From Bacteroidales bacterium UBA4181 (GTDB lineage Bacteria > Bacteroidota > Bacteroidia > Bacteroidales > UBA4181): a stretch of 64,000 nt of DNA. Shown here in pieces: positions 1-10,300 of this stretch. The notes under the pieces are model-generated. The model did no database searches, was not told the DNA's origin, and saw only the letters and a list, made by a program, of their open reading frames with translations. Position 1 is the first letter of the stretch. Each line of letters starts with the position of its first letter. Where the stretch lies: assembly GCA_002380425.1 (NCBI GenBank), contig DFUR01000035.1, positions 27,668 through 91,667 on the forward strand. Reading direction: 5' to 3'. The position numbers and the translations under genes were made by a program.

Positions 1-1254
1 TTCTATCAGATAGCCTCCTACATCAAGGATAACGGGTATGATTTTGATTATGTTTCTGACCGCCAGATTCAGTCTGCCCAGGTGACCGAGGGGCAGGTAG
101 CCACCGGGGATACCCGGTACAAGGCCATCATCGTTCCGGATGTGCGCACGATGCCGGTGGAGACCTTCGGGAAACTCATTGAGTTGATCAAATCGGGGGC
201 AAAGGTAGTGTTCGTCAACCGTTTGCCGACTGAGATTCCGGGTGTTCACGATAGGGAAGCCCGGATTGCTCAGGTGACAGAATTGTACAAGGTGATTGGA
301 TATACGCCCACCAATCTGCTCCCCAGAGTGAATCCTCTGGGTCAGGGTGAGTTGATTACAGGGAGCGCCTTTGACTATCCCGGAATGTTCGAGTTGATCG
401 AAGTACGCAGTGAGCCTATGAAACTCATAGGGCTCAACTATCTGAGGCGGAAACACTCCGAAGGGTATCTCTATTTTCTGGCCAATCAAAAAAGCGCTGA
501 TGTTTTTGGATGGGTGACATTGTCTGTTCAGGCGCAGAGTGCGGTGTGGTTTGATCCGCTTGATGGAGCTTCCGGGGTGGCCCAGATCCGTCAAAAGGAT
601 GGGAATACCCAAGTGCTTGTTCAGATGAAACCGAATCGCTCGCTGTTTCTGAAAACCTTTACTTCCCGTGAAGTGAAGGGTGCTGCCTGGCCCTATTTTT
701 CTGCCGAAAAGCCTGTTGCCCTCGAAGGTACCTGGAAGGTAACCCTGCAGGGACATCCTGCCGTGGCCCGGACCTTTGAACAAAATCCGCTTACTTCCTG
801 GACGGAGTGGGGGGATTCTCTGGACGTTTTTTCGGGCACCGGACGTTACACCCTTACCTTTGACTGGGCAGGGGATGATGCTTCGGATTATCTGCTGAGC
901 CTGGGTAAGGTGGCCGAGAGCGCCCGCGTGAAACTTAACGGGGAAGATCTGGGTATATGGTGGAGTGTCCCCTTCCAGGCTTCTGTAGGTGCCGCGCTGC
1001 GTAAGGGAACCAATACTCTGGAGGTGGAGGTGACCAATCTGGATGCCAACCGTATTGCGGCTCTGGATCGGAAAGGGGTTCCCTGGAGGATTTTTGAAGA
1101 GATCAATTTTGTGAATGTCAATTACCAGGTGTTCGATGCCTCTGGATGGGAGCCCATGCCTTCGGGTTTGTTGGGACCGGTGACGATTTCGCCCCTGTAT
1201 TCGCTCAAGCTGGAGCTTGCCCCTGAGTACCCTGCCTGGGATTATGAAGATTAG
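1..1254 (+). CDS. Glycoside hydrolase, GH106-like (putative alpha-L-rhamnosidase), C-terminal part. The 5' end is cut off by the window edge.
   Basis: Frame 1 is open from nt 1, so the listed ORF start at 82 is only the first in-frame start codon. The residues FYQIASYIKDNGYDFDYVSD...RYKAIIVPDVRTMPVETFGKLIELIKSGAKVVF align with residues ~560-620 of the downstream 965-aa paralog. The C-terminal galactose-binding-like module (KLNGEDLG...NTLEVEVTNL..NR) is shared. Confidence 0.75.
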   Translation, partial: FYQIASYIKDNGYDFDYVSDRQIQSAQVTEGQVATGDTRYKAIIVPDVRTMPVETFGKLIELIKSGAKVVFVNRLPTEIPGVHDREARIAQVTELYKVIGYTPTNLLPRVNPLGQGELITGSAFDYPGMFELIEVRSEPMKLIGLNYLRRKHSEGYLYFLANQKSADVFGWVTLSVQAQSAVWFDPLDGASGVAQIRQKDGNTQVLVQMKPNRSLFLKTFTSREVKGAAWPYFSAEKPVALEGTWKVTLQGHPAVARTFEQNPLTSWTEWGDSLDVFSGTGRYTLTFDWAGDDASDYLLSLGKVAESARVKLNGEDLGIWWSVPFQASVGAALRKGTNTLEVEVTNLDANRIAALDRKGVPWRIFEEINFVNVNYQVFDASGWEPMPSGLLGPVTISPLYSLKLELAPEYPAWDYED

Positions 1255-1273
1255 ACTTAATACCACGATACCG

Positions 1274-4114
1274 ATGAAAAAGTGCTTATTGATTGCGTGT
1301 TTGTGCCTTTGTTGGGCGGGTTCATCTCTTGCTCAGCCCGTTGTGGAACCCAAGTGGCCTGAGATTACCCGGGAGGCAAAGCCCTGGGCCCGCTGGTGGT
1401 GGGAGGGGAGTGCTGTGCGGCCCGTGGATATCGCTGCTTCCCTGGACCGATACAGTAAGGTAAATATCGGGGGGTTGGAGATTACCCCCATTTACGGGGT
1501 AAAAGGGTATGAAGATCGGTTCCTCGATTTCTTGTCCCCCCGGTGGATGGAGATGCTTCAATACACGCTCACAGAGGCAAAAAAGCGTGGTGTGGGCATC
1601 GACCTGGCCAACGCATCCGGATGGCCCTTCGGAGGACCATGGGTCGGTCCGGAGGACGCCTGTAAGAATATCGCTTATAAATATTACACCCTCAAAGCAG
1701 GACAAAGGCTGGAGGAGAAAGTGGCAGCCATACAGACGCCTATGTCGCGGAGTATTGGAACCAGGATTGCCCCAGAAGACCTTAAGGAGCCACTCTCGGC
1801 CAATGGGAATCTGCAGGAGATTGCCTTTGAGCAGGTTCGTTTCGCCAAACCCCTGCCCTTGGTTGCCCTGATGGCTTTTGACCAGAACGGCCGTTCGGTG
1901 GATCTTTCTTCTAGGGTAGATGCTCAGGGAACACTCAACTGGGTGGCCCCCGAGGGAGAGTGGGGCCTGTATGCCCTGTTTATGGGCTGGCACGGTAAAA
2001 TGGTGGAACGAGCTGCACCCGGTGGGGAAGGGAATGTGATAGACCATTTTTCGGCGGGGGCAATTGACCGGTATCTGGCCTATTTTGACAAGGCTGCCCG
2101 CGGGTATGACCTGAGTTATCTGCGCTACTACTTTAACGACTCTTACGAGGTGGATGATGCCCAGGGAGAGTCCAACTGGACACCGGATCTTTTTGAGCAG
2201 TTCCGTACCCGTCGTGGGTATGATTTGAGACTGCATCTCCCGGCCCTGCTGTCCAGGGACGAACCCGGCAAGAATGCCCGGGTGCTTCATGATTTCCGTC
2301 AGACCATCAATGACCTTTTGATTGATGAGTACTCCAAACACTGGCAAAGTTGGGCGGCCGCCCAGGGCAAGGGAATCCGCAATCAGGCCCATGGTTCTCC
2401 GGCAAATATTCTGGATGTCTATGCTGTGAGCGATGTTCCTGAGATTGAGGGGAATGACCTGCTTCGCATCAAATCGGCTCCATCGGCCTCGCATGTTACG
2501 GGCAAGAAATTGACTTCGTCCGAGTCCGCAACCTGGTTGGGTGAGCACTTCCATTCCACTCTGGGAGATGTCAAGGGTGCCATGGACTTATTCCTGCTGG
2601 GTGGAGTGAATCACACTTTCTATCATGGAGCCAATTTTTCTCCTGAGGATGCTCCTTTCCCGGGATGGTTGTTTTATGCTGCAGTGCATTTCACCCACCA
2701 CAATCCCTTCTGGAATGATTTCGGGAAGTTCAACCAATATATTGCCCGGTGTCAGTCCTTCCTGCAGAGCGGGAAGCCGGATAATGACATTCTGCTCTAT
2801 TTCCCGGCGAGCGATGTCTGGTCCACCCCCGGAAATGCCATGCTGGAGCATTTTGACGGACTCAATGCCCGCTTTAACGGCACCTCTACCCGCATTAGTG
2901 CTGACTCCCTGCTTAAGAGGGGATATGCGTGGGATTATGTGTCGGACAAGATGATTCTCAACAATCTTTCTTTCCGCGACGGAGCCATCCACACAGGGGG
3001 AACTACCTATCAGGTAATCTATGTCCCGGAATGCCGGTATATGCCCTCCGAAACGGTTGACCGGCTTATGGAGCTGGCGGCACAGGGGGCTACTGTTGTG
3101 GTTCATCGTGCGCTTCCTGCACAGGTGGCAGGATTCCATAACTGGGAGGCCCGGACAGAGGCATACGCTGCCCAGAAAGCCCAGCTCAGGTTCGTCCGTA
3201 CGGCTTTGGGCGTGCAGCGTGCTCCGCTGGGCAAGGGGGCTTTCCTGTTGGGCAATGATATCGAATTGCTGATGAAGGAAGCCCGGGTTCGTCGTGAATC
3301 CCTTTATGACTCTGGTTTACAGTGTATCCGCCGTCGGCTGGACAACAGTACGGTGTACTTTATCAAGAATACCTCCACTGAAACTATCCGCACCTGGGTT
3401 CCTCTGGCAAGCGGATTTCAGTCAGCTGCCCTCTTTGACCCGATGACTGAAACCAAGGGTTATGCCTATGTGCGCGGCAATGCAGACAAACAGGTTTACC
3501 TGCAGTTGCTTCCCGGGGAGACGGTGCTTGTGGAGGCCTATCGGCAGGCCCGTACCGGAGCCCGGTTTGACTACTATGAGTCTGCGGGTGCTCCCGTGGC
3601 GCTGCAAGGCTCCTGGAAACTCTCCTTTGCTTCCGGAGGCCCGCAGCTGCCTGCGGCAACGCAGCTTTCCCGACTGGGCTCCTGGGCCGATGCCTATCCT
3701 TTCTTTTCAGGAATGGGAGTTTATTCGCTCAGTTTTGCCCTTCCTCAGGGGAATGCACAGGCATGGATGCTCGACCTGGGTTCGGTGGGAGAGAGCGCTT
3801 CGGTGTGGGTGAACGGTACCAACGTCGGAACCGTATTCCGCGCTCCTTACAAGACAGTGGTCCCTGCTTCCCTTCTGAAGGCCCAGAATACGCTTGAGGT
3901 CCGCGTGTCCAATTCCATGCTCAACAGGGTTATCGGGATGGATCGCAACAACGAGAATTACCGCATTTTCTACAACACGAACTTCCCTGCCCGCGTGGGG
4001 ACCAATCGTGGGACAGACGGGTTGTTCAATGCCTCCAAGCTGGAGCCGCGTCCTTCGGGCCTGATGGGTCCGGTGTCGCTTTCTCCGCTGCGGAAGGTGG
4101 TGCCACAGGATTAA
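1274..4114 (+). CDS. Secreted glycoside hydrolase, GH106-like (putative alpha-L-rhamnosidase), with a C-terminal sugar-binding beta-sandwich.
   Basis: The ORF is 1217..4114. I place the start at ATG 1274, which gives a signal peptide MKKCLLIACLCLCWAGSSLAQ. The N-terminal KPWARWWWEGSAV...IGGLEITPIYG pattern is typical of the GH106-type family. The C-terminal VWVNGTNVG...NTLEVRVSNSMLNR module is also present. The family call is from memory of the motif pattern, not a search. Confidence 0.7.
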   Translation: MKKCLLIACLCLCWAGSSLAQPVVEPKWPEITREAKPWARWWWEGSAVRPVDIAASLDRYSKVNIGGLEITPIYGVKGYEDRFLDFLSPRWMEMLQYTLTEAKKRGVGIDLANASGWPFGGPWVGPEDACKNIAYKYYTLKAGQRLEEKVAAIQTPMSRSIGTRIAPEDLKEPLSANGNLQEIAFEQVRFAKPLPLVALMAFDQNGRSVDLSSRVDAQGTLNWVAPEGEWGLYALFMGWHGKMVERAAPGGEGNVIDHFSAGAIDRYLAYFDKAARGYDLSYLRYYFNDSYEVDDAQGESNWTPDLFEQFRTRRGYDLRLHLPALLSRDEPGKNARVLHDFRQTINDLLIDEYSKHWQSWAAAQGKGIRNQAHGSPANILDVYAVSDVPEIEGNDLLRIKSAPSASHVTGKKLTSSESATWLGEHFHSTLGDVKGAMDLFLLGGVNHTFYHGANFSPEDAPFPGWLFYAAVHFTHHNPFWNDFGKFNQYIARCQSFLQSGKPDNDILLYFPASDVWSTPGNAMLEHFDGLNARFNGTSTRISADSLLKRGYAWDYVSDKMILNNLSFRDGAIHTGGTTYQVIYVPECRYMPSETVDRLMELAAQGATVVVHRALPAQVAGFHNWEARTEAYAAQKAQLRFVRTALGVQRAPLGKGAFLLGNDIELLMKEARVRRESLYDSGLQCIRRRLDNSTVYFIKNTSTETIRTWVPLASGFQSAALFDPMTETKGYAYVRGNADKQVYLQLLPGETVLVEAYRQARTGARFDYYESAGAPVALQGSWKLSFASGGPQLPAATQLSRLGSWADAYPFFSGMGVYSLSFALPQGNAQAWMLDLGSVGESASVWVNGTNVGTVFRAPYKTVVPASLLKAQNTLEVRVSNSMLNRVIGMDRNNENYRIFYNTNFPARVGTNRGTDGLFNASKLEPRPSGLMGPVSLSPLRKVVPQD

Positions 4115-4122
4115 AAATTCAT

Positions 4123-4130
4123 TAACTTTG
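4123..4130 (+). promoter_or_regulatory. Bacteroidota-type -7 promoter box (TAACTTTG) for the aminotransferase gene.
   Basis: Exact match to TAnnTTTG, 41 nt upstream of ATG 4171. A 7-bp stem (GCTGCTT 4131-4137 / AAGCAGC 4164-4170) lies between the box and the start codon. Confidence 0.45.
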
Positions 4131-4170
4131 CTGCTTCATACGTTTTGATACAATCCGTAATTTAAGCAGC

Positions 4171-5376
4171 ATGCCCGTTACGTCGCAAAGAGGAACCCTG
4201 ATGCCAGCTTCCCCCATCCGGAAGCTGGTACCCCTGTCTGATAGCGCAAAGGCCAGGGGGATCAAGGTGTATCACCTCAACATCGGTCAGCCCGATCTGC
4301 CTACTCCTCAGATTGCTCTGGACGCCCTTCACCGTATTGACCGGCGGGTGCTGGAGTATAGCCCCAGCGAGGGGAACCTCAGCCTGAGAGAAAAACTGGC
4401 GCAGTATTATGCCACCTTCGATATTCATGTGTCGGCGGAGGATATTCTGGTTACCACCGGGGGGTCCGAGGCGGTTCTGTTTGCGTTTATGTCCTGTCTG
4501 GACCCGGGCGATGAGATCATTATCCCGGAGCCCTCGTATGCCAATTATATGGCGTTTGCGGTGTCTGCCGGAGCGGTGATTCGTACGGTCCCCAGCTCCA
4601 TTGATGATGGCTTCCCGCTGCCCAGGGTGGAGGAGTTTGAAGCTCTTATTACCCCCAGGACCAAGGGCATCCTGATATGCAACCCCAACAATCCTACAGG
4701 GTATCTCTATTCTCAGAGAGAGATGCTCCAGATTCGCGACCTGGTTAAGAAATATGATTTGTTTCTGTTCTCCGATGAGGTTTACCGGGAGTTTTGCTAC
4801 ACGGGTTCGCCCTATGTCTCAGCGTTTCACCTCAAAGGGATTGAGAATCATGTGGTGCTTGTGGATTCTGTATCCAAGCGCTACAGTGAGTGTGGTATCC
4901 GCATCGGAGCACTGGTAACCAAGAATAAGGAGGTGCGTCAGAAGGTGATGAAATTCTGCCAGGCCCGGCTGAGTCCGCCCCTTTTGGGGCAACTTGTGGC
5001 TGAAGCCTCCATTGATGCGCCACGGGATTATATGCAGGAAGTGTATGAGGAATACCTCGGCCGGCGCAACTTTTTGGTGGATGGCATCAACAAAATCCCC
5101 GGCTGTTATTCTCCCATTCCCATGGGGGCATTCTACACTCTGGCTCGTCTGCCAATTGACGATGCAGACAAATTCTGTGCATGGTGTCTGGAGAGTTTTG
5201 AGTATGACCGGCAGACGGTGTTCATGGCTCCGGCATCAGGTTTCTACACCACTCCGGGCCTGGGCAAGGACGAGGTCCGCATTGCTTATGTGCTCAACCG
5301 GCATGATCTTGCCAAAGCATTGCTGGTGTTGCGCAAGGCCCTCGAAGCCTATCCGGGACGCACCCTGCCAGGGTAA
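4171..5376 (+). CDS. Pyridoxal-phosphate-dependent aminotransferase, class I/II (aspartate/aromatic aminotransferase family).
   Basis: 401 aa. Motifs seen: SPIRKL near the N-terminus, NPNNPTG, and the PLP-lysine motif SVSKRYSECGIRIGA. Confidence 0.85.
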   Translation: MPVTSQRGTLMPASPIRKLVPLSDSAKARGIKVYHLNIGQPDLPTPQIALDALHRIDRRVLEYSPSEGNLSLREKLAQYYATFDIHVSAEDILVTTGGSEAVLFAFMSCLDPGDEIIIPEPSYANYMAFAVSAGAVIRTVPSSIDDGFPLPRVEEFEALITPRTKGILICNPNNPTGYLYSQREMLQIRDLVKKYDLFLFSDEVYREFCYTGSPYVSAFHLKGIENHVVLVDSVSKRYSECGIRIGALVTKNKEVRQKVMKFCQARLSPPLLGQLVAEASIDAPRDYMQEVYEEYLGRRNFLVDGINKIPGCYSPIPMGAFYTLARLPIDDADKFCAWCLESFEYDRQTVFMAPASGFYTTPGLGKDEVRIAYVLNRHDLAKALLVLRKALEAYPGRTLPG

Positions 5377-5384
5377 TTCCATAT

Positions 5385-5423
5385 AGAGGGTGTCTCAAAA
5401 ATCTGAGGCACCCTCTGTTTTTT
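5385..5423. terminator. Bidirectional intrinsic terminator between convergent genes.
   Basis: Stem AGAGGGTGTCTCA (5385-5397), loop AAAATC, stem TGAGGCACCCTCT (5404-5416); 12 of 13 bp pair. A T-run (5418-5423) follows on the + strand. It sits between the aminotransferase stop (5376) and the PL11 stop (5422). Confidence 0.6.
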
Positions 5424-7320
5424 ATCTCTCCGCTTTTTTTAGCTTGATATTGGGCCTGGGAGCTTTCTCAGTGCCTGCACCCAGCCAGAAGCCCAGATGG
5501 GGCGGCTGGTTGTATCCGGCATTCTGCCAGGCGATGGACAGCCGGTACTGGGGGTCGTGCATCAGGGTGTACATCCGGTGCTGTGTCGGAATCGTTGTGG
5601 AATAGATGCGAAGTTCCTTGTTGTCCTGTGACCGGAGTACCAGTTCCTCCCGCCAGTCCCCGAGCAGATCTGCACTCAGGGCAGGGTTTGATTTGGACCC
5701 ATTGTTGGCCTGGCTTCCGGTGGCGGTGAAAATTTCCTCACCCTTGTAGGAACTGATTCTGTTCCCGTTGAGCAATTGACGGTTCAACTCGCCGTTCCAC
5801 CAGATGAGGAAGTTGGTGGAAGGAGGAGTATTCCCGACGACTTCACCCTTCATATTCAACAATCCTCCGGAACCGGAGAACCACATCTCAGAGCCAAAAT
5901 TGTCCGGATTCACGTCCTCGGCAACCCCACGGCCTGTGTCCTTGCCGAACACTCCTTTCCAGTACACCTCACCGCTGCGGGCATTGTACACGGCTGCTCC
6001 CGGCCCATCGAAAGTGTCTTCAATCTCATGCACCCCGAACACCTCCAGACCGGGACGTGAGGGATCGAGATCTCCGACATGCAGGGCATCTCCATGCCGG
6101 AATCCGGTGGAGAAAAGGCCTTGGCCCTGATGGTCCACGACCATGGAGCCGTAAATGATCTCATCCTTCCCGTCTTCATCCACATCGGCAACAGTCAGGT
6201 TGTGGTTCCCCTGGCCTTCGTATGTTTTGAGAGCATCCTTGCCTTGGGTATCAAAAAGCCAGCGCAGGGAAAGTTTTCCTTTTCGGAAGTCCCAGGCGGC
6301 AAGGGCAGTCCGGCCATAATAGCCGCGGCACATGACCACGCTGGGAAGTTTCCCGTCGAGGTAGGCGACACAGGCCAGATATCGCTCTGAACGGTTGGCG
6401 TAGGCATCTCCCCACGAAGAGATGTCCCCCAGAGCAGGTACATAGTTCACTGTGCTCAGGGCCTTTCCGGTAGTGCCTTCAAAAACTGTCAAATATTCCG
6501 GGCCACTCATAATGCGACCGTCGGTGGCGGCAACCATGCGCCCTTCGGCGTCCCGGGAGCTTCCCGTCCGGTCATTGGTCGGAACGGACTTCCCTCCCTT
6601 TTCTCTCCAGTCGGCATTGGGGTCTCCAAGAATATTGCCCAGCCCATCGCGGGTGCCGTCAGCGGTTTTGCATACCATTTCGGCTTTGCCGTCCCCGTCC
6701 AGGTCGTACACAATAAAGGGAGTGTAGTGTGCTCCGTCACGGATATTTCGTCCCAGGTTGATCTCCCAGAGCATCGTTCCGTCCAGCTTATAGGCTTGAA
6801 ATACCGCATCGGAACTGTTCCCGGAGAAGGCATTGTCCACGCCCCGTCCTATCATGTGCACTACCAGTTCATAGCTCCCGTCTCCGTCCAGATCTGCTGC
6901 AGAACAGTCGTTGGGGCTGTATCCTTCGGGTGTCTTGAGGGGAACAGACAAATAATTCTTGTCGTAGCCGGCAGGCAATGTGAAGGAGCCTTCGGTTTCG
7001 AGCTCTTTGTTGTTCAGTACCGGGCGTACCGAGTAGGTCAATTCTTTGGTGACGTCCGCACCCTCATCTACAAAGTTTGTAGGCCCGGAAATGGGCTCCT
7101 TGTTGATTTTTTCGGCGTTTCCTCCGGCTGTGGTGCGGTACAGATTGAAGGAGACAGCAGCCGGGTCGGTACCTAAAAGACGCCAACTGAGAAAGACCGA
7201 CCCAGGTGCTTTAGGTAGGGCTATCAGGCCCCGGTCCAGCCACTCCATGTTGCGTTGGGCATACAGAAAGGATGAGCCCGTCAGAGCTATCCACAGAGAT
7301 AAGAATAGAATCCGGTTCAT
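5422..7320 (-). CDS. Rhamnogalacturonan lyase, polysaccharide lyase family 11 (YesW/YesX-like), secreted.
   Basis: The ORF is 5422..7548. The start is placed at ATG 7320, giving signal peptide MNRILFLSLWIALTGSSFLYAQ and removing the overlap with the upstream gene. Beta-propeller/FG-GAP-like repeats are present: DLDGDGSYELVVH, GAHYTPFIVYDLDGDGKAEMVCKTADGT, VADVDEDGKDEIIYGS. Confidence 0.75.
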   Translation of the reverse strand: MNRILFLSLWIALTGSSFLYAQRNMEWLDRGLIALPKAPGSVFLSWRLLGTDPAAVSFNLYRTTAGGNAEKINKEPISGPTNFVDEGADVTKELTYSVRPVLNNKELETEGSFTLPAGYDKNYLSVPLKTPEGYSPNDCSAADLDGDGSYELVVHMIGRGVDNAFSGNSSDAVFQAYKLDGTMLWEINLGRNIRDGAHYTPFIVYDLDGDGKAEMVCKTADGTRDGLGNILGDPNADWREKGGKSVPTNDRTGSSRDAEGRMVAATDGRIMSGPEYLTVFEGTTGKALSTVNYVPALGDISSWGDAYANRSERYLACVAYLDGKLPSVVMCRGYYGRTALAAWDFRKGKLSLRWLFDTQGKDALKTYEGQGNHNLTVADVDEDGKDEIIYGSMVVDHQGQGLFSTGFRHGDALHVGDLDPSRPGLEVFGVHEIEDTFDGPGAAVYNARSGEVYWKGVFGKDTGRGVAEDVNPDNFGSEMWFSGSGGLLNMKGEVVGNTPPSTNFLIWWNGELNRQLLNGNRISSYKGEEIFTATGSQANNGSKSNPALSADLLGDWREELVLRSQDNKELRIYSTTIPTQHRMYTLMHDPQYRLSIAWQNAGYNQPPHLGFWLGAGTEKAPRPNIKLKKAER

Positions 7321-7334
7321 AAATGGGGGAGGAG

Positions 7335-10300
7335 TTATATCCAACGTACAATGCTGAAGTCCTGGCGATGGGGAAGCCCTGCGTGTTTGGGAAAGATGCG
7401 GATGCCCAGATCGAACACCCCGGCACTCTGGGGTTTTAACCCTGCCTGATACACGGCTGTTTTTCCCAGAATCGAGGTAAGTGAAAGTTCCTGAGTGTGT
7501 ACGCTCTGGGCTGGCTGATGCCTGGATGCCACACCTACCAGAACACATTCTACACCGATGTCCTCAGGGGAGAGTTCGTTGAGGTCCAGAACTACTTCGC
7601 TGGGGTACACCTTGCCGGCCACAATGGGTTCCCTGGTGATGTCCGGGGTTTTGACGGAGAGCACCTCGATGCTGTCCCAGGACCGGCTGATCTTCTTTTT
7701 CCAGGCGGAGAGTTCCTTGGCAAGGGCGTAATCTTCGGCAATAATCTTGTTCCTGCGCTCAAACAGCGGGGTGTAGTACTGGTCCATGTAGTCGCGGAAC
7801 ATACGGGTCGTGGTGAATCGGGAGGCCACCAGGGCAATAGAGTTCTTGATGTATTTCACCCACCCTTCAGGTACGCCCTCTTTGTTGCGGTTGTAGAACA
7901 AGGGTGCGATTTCCGATTCAATAATGCTGTAGATCTGCTCGGAATCCAGCTCATTCTGGACATCCTCGTTGTCATAGGTGTTTTCTTCGGGAAGCATCCA
8001 CCCGGCATCTTCCCGGTAGCCTTCGGCCCACCATCCGTCCAGAACGCTGAAATGCAACCCTCCGTTCATCACCACTTTTTCCCCGCTGGTGCCCGAGGCC
8101 TCCAAAGGCCGGGTAGGGGTGTTGAGCCATACGTCCACGCCCGACACCAGTTGGTGGGCCAGGTTCATGTTGTAGTTCTGCAGGAACAGGATTTTGCCGC
8201 GAAACTCGGGTTTTTTGGAGATCTCCACAATCATTTTGATCAGGTCCTGACCTGCTTTATCTGCGGGGTGTGCCTTTCCGGCAAACAGGAACTGTACCGG
8301 CATTTCCGGATTGTTGACCAGCTCACTGAGCCTGTCCAGGTTGCGGAAAAGCAGGTGAGCCCTTTTGTAGGTGGCAAAACGGCGGGCAAAGCCGATGGTG
8401 AGGATCTTTGGGTTGAGTTGCTCGGAGATCTCAATCAGGTACCGGGGACGCTCATGCCGGATTTCGCTGGAACTCCGTATGGCCCTCTTGATATAATTGA
8501 TGAGTTCATGGCGTAGCTGGTTTCGTAAAGACCATATCTCCCCATCCGGCACGTCGAAGATACGGTTCCAGAGGTTCTGATCCAGTTGGTGTGTCAGGAA
8601 GCCTTCTCCCATGTACTTGGTATAGAGAGCTCTCCAGCTTTTGCTTGTCCAGGTCGGGAAGTGGACCCCGTTGGTGACGTATCCCACATGGTTCTCCTGC
8701 GGCAGATATCCGGGCCACATGGGTGCCAGAATTTCCTGGCTTACCCGGCCGTGCAGACGGCTGACACCATTGACTTCCTGAGACAGGTTGGCGGCCAGGA
8801 AGCTCATAGAGAAGCGTTCGTGGGGATTGTTGGTGCCTACCCGCCCGAGGGACATAAACTGAGCCCAGCTGATCTTGAGTTTTTGGGGATAATGCGAGAG
8901 GTACATCCGGAGCATGTTTTCCTCAAAGGAGTCATGGCCTGCGGGAACAGGGGTATGGGTGGTGAAGAGTGAGGAGGCCCGGACAATCTCAAGGGCTTCG
9001 CTGAACGTCAGGTTCCGCTGGCGGATGTACTCGTACAGCCGCTCCAGCCCAATAAAGGCCGCATGCCCCTCATTGCAGTGGTACACATCTGCACGGACAC
9101 CCATCACGCGCAAGGCCCGGATACCACCGATGCCCAGCAGCATCTCCTGTTTGAACCGGTTTTCCTCTCCACCGCCATACAGATGGTGTGTGATGGAGCG
9201 GTCTGCTTCGGTGTTGTCTTCAAAATCGGTATCCAGCAGGTACAGGTCCACCCGGCCTACTTCCACTTTCCAAACACGGGCTTTGAGGGTGCGGCCCGGA
9301 AACACGATGCCGATGGTGGTCCAGTTTCCGTCCTTGTCGCGCATGGGAATAGCCGGAATCTTGGCAAAGTCCTGGGCATCGTGCACGGCAACCTGCTCCC
9401 CGTTGGCCGAGATCAGCTGCCTGAAATATCCAAACCGGTAGAGCAGCCCTACGGCCGACATCCGCACATTGAGGTCACTGGCTTCCTTAAGGTAGTCACC
9501 GGCCAGAATGCCCAACCCACCCGAGTATATCTTCAGGGAGTTGTGCAGCCCGTATTCCATGCTGAAATAAGCAATCTGGGGACCCTCTTGCTTTTGTTTT
9601 CCGGCCATGTAATCCTGAAACTTGTCATAGACCTGCTTAAGCCTGGAGGTGTAGGCGGCGTCCTTTTCAAGCGTGACCAGCCTGTCATAGGGAATCTGGT
9701 CCAGAAAGCGCAGTGGATTGACGGTTTGTTCCCAGAGTCCGGGGTCAATGGAGGCAAAGAGCTCTTCGGCCTCGGGGTTCCAGCACCACCATAGATTGTT
9801 GGCCAGTTCCTCCAAAGCCTTGAGATTCTCGGGGATATTTTTGTCCACCAACAGCCGTTTCCATTTGGGGGTGACATCGGTGGCGGGTTTCTCAACCGAC
9901 GGAAGCACCTCGGCAGGGGTTTCCCGGGTAGCCATCTGCTGAAGAGCCGGTTCGATATTAGCCACAGCCTTCGAGAAGGCTTCGAAGTAGTAGGTGATGA
10001 TGTTTTTCCAGAGGGCGGTACGCGAAACCTCAAAGGCTTTTTGCCTCCACTGGCTGATCTCTGCTTCCTGTGCATGCGACATCTGGAGGATGCCGGCCTC
10101 GATGGCATCCACACATTCCCGATCATTCGTGTCGGTACGCGGGATAACAATGGTAGCCTCACCGGCTTCGGGACATTTCTGCTCCACCCACAAGCCGAAA
10201 CCAGCCAGAGAGGTCGTGACCGTGGGAATGTGGAAGGCAACGCTCTCAAGCGGGGTGTATCCCCATGGCTCATAGTATGAAGGGAATACGGTGAGGTCCA

